A stretch of 63,515 nucleotides of DNA, filler included, from Choristocarpus tenellus KU-1152 (taxonomy: Eukaryota > Protista > Phaeophyceae): assembly GCA_964200185.2 (NCBI GenBank). It is 13 parts of 13 records of this genome, joined end to end, with 100 filler letters (N's around TTAATTAATTAA, not from the genome) between each part and the next. Parts side by side here need not be neighbours in the genome. Positions count along the whole stretch, not along the records: positions 40,144 to 44,964 come from CAXNAD020012935.1; positions 45,065 to 47,887 come from CAXNAD020024445.1; positions 47,988 to 51,877 come from CAXNAD020017333.1; positions 51,978 to 55,113 come from CAXNAD020022064.1; 9 more parts are not named here. One strand, 5' to 3'. The first letter of the stretch is position 1; each line of letters opens with the position of its first letter. Under the pieces are notes generated by a model. The model saw nothing but the letters and a program-made list of their open reading frames with translations, searched no databases and was not told the DNA's origin. Both the position numbers and the translations under genes were made by a program. Shown one piece after another: positions 40,044 through 52,124 of the stretch.

Positions 40044-42685
40044 NNNNNNNNNNNNNNNNNNNNNNNNNNNNNNNNNNNNNNNNNNNNTTAATTAATTAAN
40101 NNNNNNNNNNNNNNNNNNNNNNNNNNNNNNNNNNNNNNNNNNNCCCCCCCCCCCCCCCCCCCCCCCCCCCCGCCCCCGCCTCTCCCTCCTCCCTCCCTCC
40201 CTCCCTCCCCCCATCGATCCCCAAGTGAACTTCTCCAATATCGGAGTTGGACAAATCTCATCATTCCAGAGCACTTTATGCCACCAACCTGTAATCAATG
40301 TGTTCACAGGGGTGCACCATACATACGCCCTGGCCCACAAGTAAGAAAATTTAAGTTTATGGCATTTGACCCGAGAAATTATTTTTTCTTTACATGTGTA
40401 AGAAATTGCAAAATCATTCCACCTAGGATTAGGGTTAGGAAAAGCAGCCCCCTTACTTTTTTCCTCTGTAACAGCAAGAGACAATCAAATACCAGAACTG
40501 CACTACTCACCCCAAGGGCTGGGGAGAGGGGAGGGGGGGAAGGGAAATGTGGTTGCATCTAAATAACTAGAGTATATCATGCTTTGCACTTACTGAAGAG
40601 TATGCATGGGCACATGTCAAATGAGTAGTTACTGGAACTGACTCCCACTGACGGTTAAATCTTAAGAAAAGTCACATATTCGGGGGGTGGGGGGGGTGGG
40701 GTGATATATTTCCACATACATCCTATCACATGCCCAAACCCATAGTAGACTGCACAGGCTAGAAGCAACTTGAGTGCAACGAGGAGATAAAAAAACACAA
40801 GCATCAGCGAAACAGCTGCAAAGGGAATTTTCGATACAGTGTGGGTACACCTGCTGTCAATAGTGGTCTGTAGTACTTTCATCATGCAATATATGTATAA
40901 TTTGACCAACACAAGAGTGAGAAATACTCGTTCTTCTCAAGAAGCACAGGCACGAATGGAGTAAACGTTCTATTCGAACTCCTAACGGTGACCATGTTGC
41001 ATGCAACTCCCACTGCACTATCAAACATTCCTTACACCTATGGCCTAAATGGAGATAGGCAAAAGGATGATGGCATTCATAATCCTCGTAGCACACACAC
41101 AAAATCAAACACACAAACGCATAACCGATTCATCTTGCCATGAAGTACACGCAAAAATTCGAGTCAAAATTGATGAATTTTGCTCAAATGCAGTCTTTAC
41201 CTGTCAAGAAGAGTACCCATACGGTAGTCCCAGAGCTGTATGATGCCATTGTGCAGGGACGTGAGGATCCATGGCCGAATAGGGTGAAATGACAGACCTT
41301 TCACCCGGTTACTCTTAGACTCGAATTTGGTGAGCATGATCACCTACACACAAGATTGCACCCTTCCCCACTTCACTAGCCAGTTGTCAGCTAGCTAGGA
41401 CCCACTACCCTTCCCTTCTCAACTTCCTTCCCCCCAAAAAGGAGCACAGAGCTATCCCGCACTGTCCAGGCGATCCGTCTCCCCCTCGCGGTCGCCTAAA
41501 GTCCCACGAGGTCTCTCCTCGGAACGTCCAATGGGTGATAGACTGCGGTAGGGCTGGTGGGGCGGGAGTTTTGGATGGGGAAGGGGGAAGGGTGACTGCA
41601 AGGAGTAACGAAAACTGCCGTGTTCTTTGTTATATAGATCTCGACTCTTATCAATCCGGTCTGTTCCTGTTCTTGGCAAGGGACGGCGTTGCCTTCTTGG
41701 AATACGCGCACGGGAACGCTCTGAGTCAACACAAGGCAAAAAAAACTCCAAGTTTGATACGCCAACACAGTTGCCATCCCAGAATGCAATCAAGAAAGAC
41801 AAATTGATTCTTTCCTCCCACCCTCGGCGTTTGAGAGGCGAAGGAACTAGAGGGGTTTGTGATTGGGAGTCGAGCCTCATCGTGCCTGGTAAAACAAATT
41901 AGAGTCGAAGACAATCTTGCAGTTGCATCAACAGGATAAATCAGACTGTGATGGTGGTTGCTCCCCGGTAACTATGCTTAAATAGACAACGATAGGGAAG
42001 TGCCCTAAAAACCGTACAGTAGAACATATCAAGCACGAGTGTATCAAACGAATGTCCAACAACATTTAGTGATCGGAGCCGCAAAAAAAGGGAGCACAAA
42101 GGCCTCCACACCAACTAACTACCACAGTGCAGAGTGCAACGACGATTTTTACAGCCTGAACTCGATCGAGATTCCACCACATGTCCCCCCGTGTACCAAT
42201 TACAAAAAAAACAAAAATGGTCCCCAAAGCGACACACCAAGCAGTTAGATCTCTCTCTTTAACTGGAACGTTAAGTCCCGACCAAGAACTACTCAAGACA
42301 AGAGAAATACCACTCAGGCTCACCTAGGTTGCCCAGTTGTACCAACACCGAACTCCGCACCCAACTCAAACACCTAATCTGGACAGGTTGATCACCACTA
42401 CTCTACGCGCAACATCGTCGCGCGGAGAACGCCTCCCTCTACTCTAGTAATAGTAGTAGTGGTAACCTTTCCAAAAAGAATCAGTGTCGAATGTACACAA
42501 TTGTACTATATCATACTACAATACTACAACTACTATGTTGTGTATAGCAGGAACGTAATACCCAGTAGTACGATGTACGGTACTCCTCTTTGTCCTTGTT
42601 GGAACCATAGTTCAGTACCAACTTCAGACGATATAGTTATGCCCTCTTCAAAAATACGCCCCTATCCACTTGGGTGTCAATATAC

Positions 42686-42896
42686 CAACTACTGATGACT
42701 CTGGTAGATTGTTTGACTGATGTCGACTGTTCCATACTTCCATGGTCAAGGCTCCTTTGGTCCGAAGTGCTTCAAATATAGTATTATTATAGGAGGCTGT
42801 TGTTGTCTTAGACATGAATTCCCAGGTGGGTTCCAGAGTATCTAACACTACTACAGAACTAATATTATACTGTGCATTAGAAAACAAAGACGTAGT
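42686..42896 (-). CDS. Internal exon encoding part of a C2-like domain
   Basis: CAG acceptor and GT donor. SVVVLDTLEPTWEF...LTMEVWN...VVG matches the C2 pattern (V...TL.P.W...L..EVW...G). Confidence 0.55.
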
Positions 42897-45771
42897 CTGC
42901 AAGCAAAATACCAAGTAATAACATAAGAGTACGGAAGAGCCTTGAGCACTTGCCTTGGTACAACGTACTACTAGTAGAACTGTTGTTGTTGTATCATAGG
43001 TCCGAACTCTCGTCTTCATTGGGCTGCAGATACGAGACTCGCTTAATCAAAAACAACTCGAGAACTACTACTACTACTACTAATATCAGAAATGTTGCCT
43101 CAAATTTGCAGCTCCCACGTAGTAGCTGGCTGTTCAACGACGTGTCCAATCCTCATCTTTTCAGACTCATCCTTTGAAACTGGAGAAACCGTAAGAAAGA
43201 TTAGAGGCCTCCCTGCAGTGGGCGAGGTTTTGTCACCCTGAGCAGACTGTCAAAAGCACACCGTAACACCAGCCACGCCGGAGCTCATTCCAGGTATTTG
43301 ATAGGCATCTCACCGTGTGGATCATGATGATAATCTGATTGTGCATCAAAAAACGGGCGACTCTCGTTCCAAATGACCCCAATTTTGTGGGTGTGAAGAC
43401 GCATCAAGATCAAGAGGGTCTCCCATCCCTATTTTTTTGTTTCCAGGAAACCCTAGGGTGGCGACTTTTGACCTCGAGATATGAAGGGGATTCCCTCAAT
43501 GTACTTACCCAAAGTGATGTTCAAAGGGCATGGGATGAAGAACTCCACCTGCACTGCAGTGTGATGCTGAAGACGACCCCAGGGGTTAGGGTACATGCTC
43601 CAATGAAATGCCTGTTCCACCTCTATCGAAGAGAGATTAAGATAGTGGGAAGAATGAATGCCTCCAGACAAGGCGAAACATTCTTGATTAGCAGTAGAAA
43701 AGGCCAACGCAACACTGTGAAGACTGCTGGGTACACAACTCTCTTCTTGTGACCACTGCAGAGAGAGCCTCTCCCACCCAGCTTCAAAAATGCTGTGCAG
43801 GAGTAGGTTGCAATTACTTTTTGCGAACAGTAAAACAAATAACGAATACAACATGAACTACTGGATGTGGGAGGGGGGGGGGGGGGAACATTTCATCCCG
43901 AGCTCCAGGCTTCTTGCAGGTGTTGAACATTAGGGTACAATGGTTGTAGTACATACTGTCATTGTAGCCAGTTCTACATTTCTCTGGGATGTCTGACAGA
44001 CAGTGCCCATGGCGTCCCATAAATGTACAACAATTCTGCCTCTAGGATGGGTTTGGCACGTACTTCCCCAACAGCATTTTTTTTTTATGTACTTGCACTG
44101 TATTTATCAAAACATGGGGACTGTAGCTTTTTCAGTCAAACGGAAGTTGCAGGGAGGGCGGAATTGTCCCCACTGCTGTGGCCAGCCCTTGTTGTGTTGT
44201 GTGACTCAGAAATATCAAAGTGTTACATATAGCACTTTGATATTTGTAATATGTAACTCACAATGCAGAGTAAAATGCTGGAGTGCTAGCAATAAGCATC
44301 ACTGAGACATGCAGAGGTTTAACAAAAATGGCTCTCCTATAATGTGGAACAGCATTCTACAAGAGTATCCACACAAGTAGTAGTTGCCTCGAGAATCAAA
44401 GACTCCAGAGCGCTCTGGGGTGCGAGATGACATATCATCGAAACAGAACAACAAATCCCACCCTATCCCATCCACATCCGCAAGCAGCCCCACAAGTACG
44501 ACATTACCTCAGAAGGCCAAGGGAGCGGGATCGAGTCAAGCAGCACACGGAGGCGTTTCACGATACAATAAACAAGCGTTATAACCAAGCTACATCAATT
44601 TTTTTTCGAACCTAAAATAAAAATAAATAGCAAGCATTCCTCGTTCACCTCTCGCCCATTACATCCCTGCTTCTCCTGACCACACCTACCAACCACCTAA
44701 GGAAGAGTACACACTCAATACCCCCATCCCATCCCACCAGCCTCCTATCTACCCTGGTCAATGCACTCGATCCAACCCGACCCCTCCTTTGCCCCTCTCC
44801 GGGGCCAGCTCCGGTGGGCACTGTTCCGTGTACGATCCTGGCATGTACCGCTCCTGTATAGCCCCGGCCCTCTCAAACATGGGTTCGTGCGTATCACTGA
44901 AGGCGGTGTGAAAGAGCCGGTCTATGCCATCTGCTCCACCAACACCAACTCCAGTCCCACCGCCNNNNNNNNNNNNNNNNNNNNNNNNNNNNNNNNNNNN
45001 NNNNNNNNTTAATTAATTAANNNNNNNNNNNNNNNNNNNNNNNNNNNNNNNNNNNNNNNNNNNNCACCCCCCCACAGTGTTTTTTTTTCTTTTAAATATT
45101 AAAAAAAAAAATTGTAAATTTTATGAACAATAATACATTCTCGTTCTTTGTTTCCGCTGCTACCATTTCATTATTTATTTTATTTCTCAAAAAATAATAA
45201 ATTTGTTTGCGTAAGGGGACAAGAGTTGCAGTGAGAGTACAGGGGAGGAAGCAATTTAAAAAAAAAACATTTGAGATCACATGATAAAGAAAAACCCAAC
45301 AGCATCACAGATAAAAAATATTAGAGTATGTACACATGGCGGAGGGCGTTGGAGATTAAGGGAGGGCTTCATGGAAACAGTATATTATTTCAGGTCTCGG
45401 TTCCTTTTCTTTTTTTTTTGTTTCCCCCACCCCCCCCGACTCTTTTTCACTGTCAAGGATTTTGAATCTTGAGAGTCTTAGCTATTTTTTTTTTAGAAAT
45501 TAGAATAACTGATGCAACAAAAACAAAGTTTTATGAACAAGAAAGGTTCAGATAGAACCTCATTGTGTGCGCGTGTGCTTGTTTGTGTGTATGTATGTAT
45601 GTATGTATTATGTGTACCTTTTTGTCATGCCTCTTGATGTGCATCAAAAATGAGGTACACCCTTGTAACATGTTGTGTCATGTTGGCCATTGCTTGCCAT
45701 AACCATGTATTAGTATTTTTGTATACGCACATTCTTGATTATTATAGTCTTTCTCTTGGATGGAGGGAACT

Positions 45772-45912
45772 ACAATTATTATTATTATTATCATTATTGA
45801 TATTATTATTATTATTATTATTGTTATTGTTATCACTATTATTATCATTATTATGATCATTAGTATTATAATCATTATTATGATCATTAGTATTATTATC
45901 ATTATTATTAAT
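45772..45912. repeat. (ATT)n degenerate microsatellite
   Basis: Directly visible. Confidence 0.9.
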
Positions 45913-46398
45913 GTTAATATTTTTGTTATATTTCTCTGGAAGTATTTCTTTTCTTATTCTCAATATTCCTAACTTTAGTCTCGGGGATCCCGAACCTGTG
46001 GAGTCTTGAATTAACTGAATTAACTGAAGGCGGGACGACAAGGAACAACCTTGCCTGCTTGGGTTACTATACTTTGAGGAAGGCGATTTAGTACGCACGA
46101 GCACAGTCGCTCGCAGCCACAGGGCAAGCGACTGTGGCTCTGATTGTGTTCCCCGCTTTGAGGACAAAAATGTTCAACCGCCTGGAAAGAGAGAGAAGTG
46201 AAGTAGGTGGAAAGGGGGGAGGTGGGAGGGGGGGGGCGCACACCTGTAAACGTGATCGGGGAAGGAGTCATCAGAGCTTCGCTTCCAGAACATGCAGTGA
46301 CTTCCACAGCAGGAGCACATCACCACACTGATCAGTCCCATGATTAACAAAGAGTGCACGAGTATCTGGTTTCGGTGGTGAAAGAAGAGGGCGGGGCA

Positions 46399-46441
<43 letters not shown>

Positions 46442-46494
46442 GGCCGGGGGGGTGGGGGCGCCCGGGGGGGGGGGGGGCGCCCGCCCCCTTCCTG

Positions 46495-46535
<41 letters not shown>

Positions 46536-46718
46536 AGGAGGTGTGGAGCGAGGTAAGATCCCGTTGTTGGTTGGCCCAGTAGCGATCAGTGGCGCGCTCG
46601 CATTCTCTTCGCGGTGTCAGAGGAGTGGCCCAGTAGCGATTGGCTCTGCAATGATGATGGATGGGGTTAGCGGGCTTAGCTCCTGTACTCAGTAGTCTGC
46701 AGCTGTTTTGCTCTCACG

Positions 46719-46838
46719 CGGACGTGATGTATATGGACGTGGTGTATATGGACGTGGTGTATATGGACGTGGTGTATATGGACGTGGTGTATATGGACGT
46801 GATGTATATGGACGTGATGTATATGGACGTGATGTATA
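46719..46838. repeat. 15-bp minisatellite GGACGTGRTGTATAT, 8 copies
   Basis: Direct tandem units with one A/G variable site. Confidence 0.95.
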
Positions 46839-48199
46839 TAAACATATATGCACACATATGTGCATTTATGTACAGGAATAAACACACACACACACACCCA
46901 CACATCCCGTTGCTGCAAATTGTGCTCACATTTTTTTTCTGACCCACATCCTGTACATCAAAAAGCCTTGCCCGGGGAGACGCATTGGGGGTACTAGTCA
47001 CTAATGGGACGAAGTAAGCAAGTGGTACCCAGGTTTTGACCGTTTAGGCGTTTTAAGTAAGTAAGTCAGTCAGTCAGTCTGTCTTTTTTTTTTCTATCTC
47101 TTGAAATTCAAATATAAATATACATATTTGTTTTTCGTTTTTTTTCTGTGGATGAAATTATGAGCTTTGAAATTTAAACACATAATATATGTTTTCTACG
47201 GATGTAGTTCTGAGCTCGACTCGTTTATATTTCTCTACCATTCTAAAAAAAAAAATCCGACACAATTCAGAAAAAGATCCTACATGCCACACATATATGT
47301 ATTTATATTTGTATTTATATATATATATATATGTAAACAGAAGCTGAATTTTGCACACTTTTGTCAAAACATCCTTTTTTTTTTTACAAAACCCTGGATC
47401 CCTCTCGCTTACCTCGGCTCTTGTGGCGGAAGGATCCCACACCAATAAAAAAAATACAAAAAAAAATATTTTTTTCATTTTCTTTTGTGTTGGTTGGTGC
47501 TGTGTGTTTTTTACCCTATTTTGCGACATCTATCGATAGTGTTCTTTTTTACATTTGTTCCTGTCCATGGCCAAAAATATAAATGATAAAATAATATTTA
47601 TATATATATATATTTTGATATGCAGCGGCTAAGAAGGCTTAAAGATTTCATAGCTACGTGTGCACGGGGGCGCGAGAAAGCCTGCGTGGTGTGAGACAGA
47701 TCTTGACATTCCACGTATGTAATGGCCTACCAAGGTGTGCAAATCCCTGCTGTTTTTTCTCTTTTTTTTGTTGGTGGGGAGGGGAGGGGGGGGGGGGGGG
47801 GGGGGGGGGGGGTGTGTTTTTTTTTTTTTTTTTTTTTTTTTTGATGGGGGGGGGGGGGAAGGTGAGGAGAAAAGAAAAAAAAAACACNNNNNNNNNNNNN
47901 NNNNNNNNNNNNNNNNNNNNNNNNNNNNNNNTTAATTAATTAANNNNNNNNNNNNNNNNNNNNNNNNNNNNNNNNNNNNNNNNNNNNGGTAGTCCCATTA
48001 ATAGACGCGTCTATTTTTTTTTTGGGGGGGGGGGTGTACTATTTTCTATGGCTATGACAACTTGGAGCTAGGAGCATTTCTGTCAGCATATTTTCTTTGC
48101 AAGCATGCAGGGTGACTGGATCTTCTGTGTTGGCTAACTGCGGCAAACAGATAGATAGGTCTTATCGTGGTGTAAGGAGTTACTAAGATGAAAAGATCA

Positions 48200-48458
48200 G
48201 AGTCAAAGTATCTTAGAACGTAGAGCCGCGTCCATTTGGCGGCCAAAATGCAATGTTGCAATTCCGATGTAATTTTGGCTATCATATTTGTTAGGAGATG
48301 TCAATATCCTTGTTCCGGACACACCTTTTCATAACGTATACATCTTACCTACTCTGAAACATTTTGAAGTAGGTAAAATGTAATTAATAACCTGTGGGAA
48401 GCCAAGCCCCAAATGAACAAAGATGGAAACACTCGTACCCTCTATGATACTTTCATTC
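48200..48458. mobile_element. MITE family A, complete (diverged; TSD not preserved)
   Basis: GAGTCAAAGTATCTTAGA...TACCCTCTATGATACTTTCATTC. Confidence 0.88.
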
Positions 48459-48767
48459 TTAAATACTTTGCAATTGTGCAATTTATGGCATAAGAATGAC
48501 TGAAGGTACGAAGTATATAACATGTAGGGTTCTAGCTTAGTCAGCAGTGCACTATATTTATGCATATACCTGTTGGTTGCATTTTAGTAGACCCTGCACC
48601 ATCAGAAATAACTTCATACAAGGATATCATCCAGTTCATGCCTCATTTCTTACTCAGCAAATATCTGGGTCAGGGTTAGGGTTCCGTTGACTGTGGATAG
48701 CCCAAGAAATTGTCTTATTGTATCACTAATCAAAAGAAACATTGACCATGATTGGCACATATTCCAG

Positions 48768-51438
48768 GGGAAGCACGAATAGGTTTGGGGGTGAAGGGAG
48801 TCGAAGATCAAGCCCAGGAAGTGTTAGGAGCAGTGGAGGAATGAGTTACACAGGAACATCCCCAGGAATGAGATGCCAGTCAGAAGTGGATATAAACATG
48901 TCGGAGGTTTGTTCAGGGGGATGTGTTCAATATTTGAGGTAAAGAGTCAAAGTAAACGAGAGGTACCCATGGTTACATTTAAGGATGCAGACAAAGATGT
49001 GCAAAATTTGGGGGGGTTTCAAATGTGTGTAGGATATTTGCGGAATTGCTTCAAAATTTTTGACTCAAAGAATCTGGGGGGGGGGAGATCTACACCAGGG
49101 TGTCCGTTCGGGCCCTGACCAGGAGAAGTGCACTTTCAGTATCCATCCAAAAAATGCAACCAAATCACGCAAAAATCGTGACATGGAAAAAAGGACGACA
49201 AATGGACAGCCACCACCCACCCCCAGATACCTCGAGCCTTTTAACAATGGAGAAGTCAATGCTCTCACAAGTCAAACTTAATATTTCATCGGTAGAAATA
49301 TGGGTGAATCGTGAAAGATAAAAAAAACTGACATATAATGAAAAACGGGTAAAATCTGGGCACCTCTTGTTTACTTTGATTCAAACTATCTTGCATGTAT
49401 GGGGGAGGTGCTAATATAATTATGTTTCCATGGAGAAGCCTGGTGGTGCATGTGCAGTGTTGTTAGGAATTGTGATGCTAGTTGTAACTCTTATTTGTAG
49501 GTTCTGATGTGTATTGAAGGTCATTTAGCTTTGGTCATTTTCAAGTAGCCCTTCCTCAAGCTCTCCAATGATCTTCACCTGCATAAAGTTTCCCTAATTT
49601 CATCTTCACCCATTGCAATCAGGTACGCTCCGTTCAGCGGCGACTGGGCATGTATGCAGCTGTCAGCGACCTGGACGACAGTTTCAAAGAGAGGTTGAAT
49701 TCCATCCGTGATAGTCTTCTCCAGAAGAGTGCATGCAACACGGCAGTGGATGGAGTGGTTGAGGAGGAGGTTGGTTATGACTTGAAGACGCCATCACCCT
49801 CTATGTCACAGCTACATCTCTCTTCCTCTGTGCCTTGTGTTCATTGAAATCACCACCTACACCTTCTAAGAAAAGAAAAAGAAACTCTCACCTCACCCCA
49901 AATATCCAAATATTGAAACGAGACAAAGTATCTTAGAGGGTAGAGCCGCGTCCATTTAGGGGTTAAGATCCAATGTTGCGATTCTGATGTAATTTTGGCT
50001 ATTGTGTATGTTAGGAAGTGTCAATATCCTTGTTCGGACACACCTTTTCATGATGTATATATTGTACCTACTCCAAAACATTTTGGAGTAGGAAAATGTC
50101 ATAAAAAAAACCCGACGGGAAGCCAAGCCCCAAATGGACAAACAGGGCAAAACTCATACCCTCTAAGATACTTTCTCTCAAACCAAACATATCCACCAAA
50201 TCCAGAACCTCTTATTTCCCTGTGCACCCTTTGCTCCTTTCACGCCCCAATAACTAAATGAAACAGACATTGTGGGAGCTCAAGGCGCGGGAGCAAGAGC
50301 AGACAGACCTGCAGGAGAAGGCAACGAGGTCTATGGACTGCAGGGCTGTTCTGCTTCATGTAGGGGCAGAGAGATTCTGTATGTTCAGCCTATCACTAGC
50401 CAAGGAGGCAGAGGAGCACAGAGTGAGGGATGAGGCAGTGGATGAGGAGTCTGCACAGCAGGTGAGCCACTTGCTGCCACAGGGATGAGGAAGATGAGGG
50501 TGTATGGGCGTTGGTGGGTGAAATAAGTGAAAGTATCTTAGAAGGTACAGCTGCGTCCATTTGGGGGCTAAAAGCCAATGTTGTGATTTTGATTCAATTT
50601 TAACTATCATGTTTGTGAGGAGGTGTCAATATCCTTGTTCCAGGCACACCTTTTCATAGTTATATATATTAAACCTGCTCCAAAATGTACACATTTTACC
50701 AATTCTAAAACATTTCGGAATAGGAAAATGTCTTAGAAAATTGGTGGGAAGCCAAGCCCCAAACGAACAAACAGGGCAAAACTCGAACCCTCTAAGCTAC
50801 GTTTCCTCAAATGGCAGTGCGAAGTGCTCCAGAGTAGAGAGGATCTTGCATGTGTGATCTTGTAGGACTACTTCTATGCGGTAAATGCATGCACGGAGTA
50901 TCCTCAACTGATACCAGTAAAACACTTACTGGGTAGGGTAGGAGGTACATAACTGGAAAGCTAGCACCAGTTGCCTAGAGAAATCGATCTGTCAGGTAGA
51001 CAGCGGGTGATGGAAATGATCGTGCTGGTTGTTCTCAAGAGAACATACTTCACCATTGATGGGTGGCTTGGATCATAAGCCGATTTCCTCAATTTGCTCT
51101 GCATGTAGATGCACCCTGTACCTCAGTGCGCAGTATATAGTCATGTGATCTTATTGTGGTTCCATTCTGTATATTTTAATTTCCGTGCTTACTGTCTTGT
51201 ACCCGTGTTAATGATGTAGACACACGGGGCAAACAGATTGTTACCAACTTGGCAAAATATGTTGACGTTCCCCCCCTTTTCCTTCCCTCCTCAGATGTTT
51301 GACTGTGGGGAGGATTTCCGCCTGGCTGATGAGGACAGGGAAGAGAAGGTTGCTGCATCCACTGGGCGCATACGCATGGCAACGGATGAGGCAGAGCTGG
51401 AGCGCTCCTTCGAACAGACAATGGACCTGCTTGATGAG
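48768..51438 (+). CDS. Internal exons (48768-48906, 49623-49769, 50267-50461, 51295-51438) of a CCDC180/DUF4455-like flagellar coiled-coil protein
   Basis: Four GT-AG exons join in phase 0. ...F...LAKEAEEH...REEKVAASTGRIRMATDEAELERSFEQTMDLLDE resembles the DUF4455 segment of CCDC180 (from memory). Confidence 0.55.
49062..49238. mobile_element. MITE family B, complete, TSD TTTT
   Basis: TTTT|GACTCAAAGAATCTGGG...CCCAGATACCTCGAGCC|TTTT. Confidence 0.88.
49920..50179. mobile_element. MITE family A, complete, TSD AAAC
   Basis: AAAC|GAGACAAAGTATCTTAGAGGGTA...TACCCTCTAAGATACTTTCTCTC|AAAC. Confidence 0.95.
50525..50808. mobile_element. MITE family A, complete, TSD AAAT
   Basis: AAAT|AAGTGAAAGTATCTTAGAAGGTA...CCCTCTAAGCTACGTTTCCTC|AAAT. 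Confidence 0.9.
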
Positions 51439-51977
51439 GTAAACAGCTACTCAGGGAGGTGCAGAGTGTATTATCTGCTTGATGTATCTTGTGAGCCTAC
51501 CACTTCTACATGGGCACACAGCACGAGCAGGTCAAATTTTTTCCTGTGTTTGTCTGTTTCTTTACCCCAATTCCATAAATGCCCTTCACCTTTGTGCACA
51601 ACCACTAGTCCCTAAACTATCTGAACTTCCATATTCCAGGCGGAAAAATGGGCATTGTCTCAACTCTGGGTTTTGCTCCTCGAGAACCTGTATCCATCCC
51701 TGGTGTAGGTGTGAGAGACATCAAGTAGACACATTGCTTTCACAATCCCCGCCTTTCTCTTTGTTTTGCCAAGATCAAATTTTCCTCCCTTACTCAAAAA
51801 TAAAACTCACCCTTTCCTCCTATCCTACATCATGCAGTATTATCGTCTTTCGCCCACCCCCCCTCTACCTTCTCACCNNNNNNNNNNNNNNNNNNNNNNN
51901 NNNNNNNNNNNNNNNNNNNNNTTAATTAATTAANNNNNNNNNNNNNNNNNNNNNNNNNNNNNNNNNNNNNNNNNNNN

Positions 51978-52120
51978 CCCCTCTTGATACTTTGGACCGG
52001 GGGGGGGGTCTACACCAGGGTGTCCACTTGGGCCATAACCAGAAAAAGTGCACCTACATTGTCCATCCGAAATATGCAACCTAATCGCCCAAAAATCGTG
52101 ACATGAAAAAATTGACCCCA
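51978..52120. mobile_element. MITE family B fragment
   Basis: Internal segment GGTCTACACCAGGGTGTCC...AAAAATCGTGACAT. Confidence 0.75.
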
Positions 52121-52124
52121 TCTG

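Noticed and set aside
45650-45972. Poly-Ile/Leu/Asn ORFs (also 30789-31079)
   Set aside because: They are translations of microsatellites.
46661-47001. ORFs with MDVVY / HHVHI / SIYTT repeats (His-rich metal-binding peptide?)
   Set aside because: These are translations of a 15-bp minisatellite that is open in several frames, with no splice or homology support.
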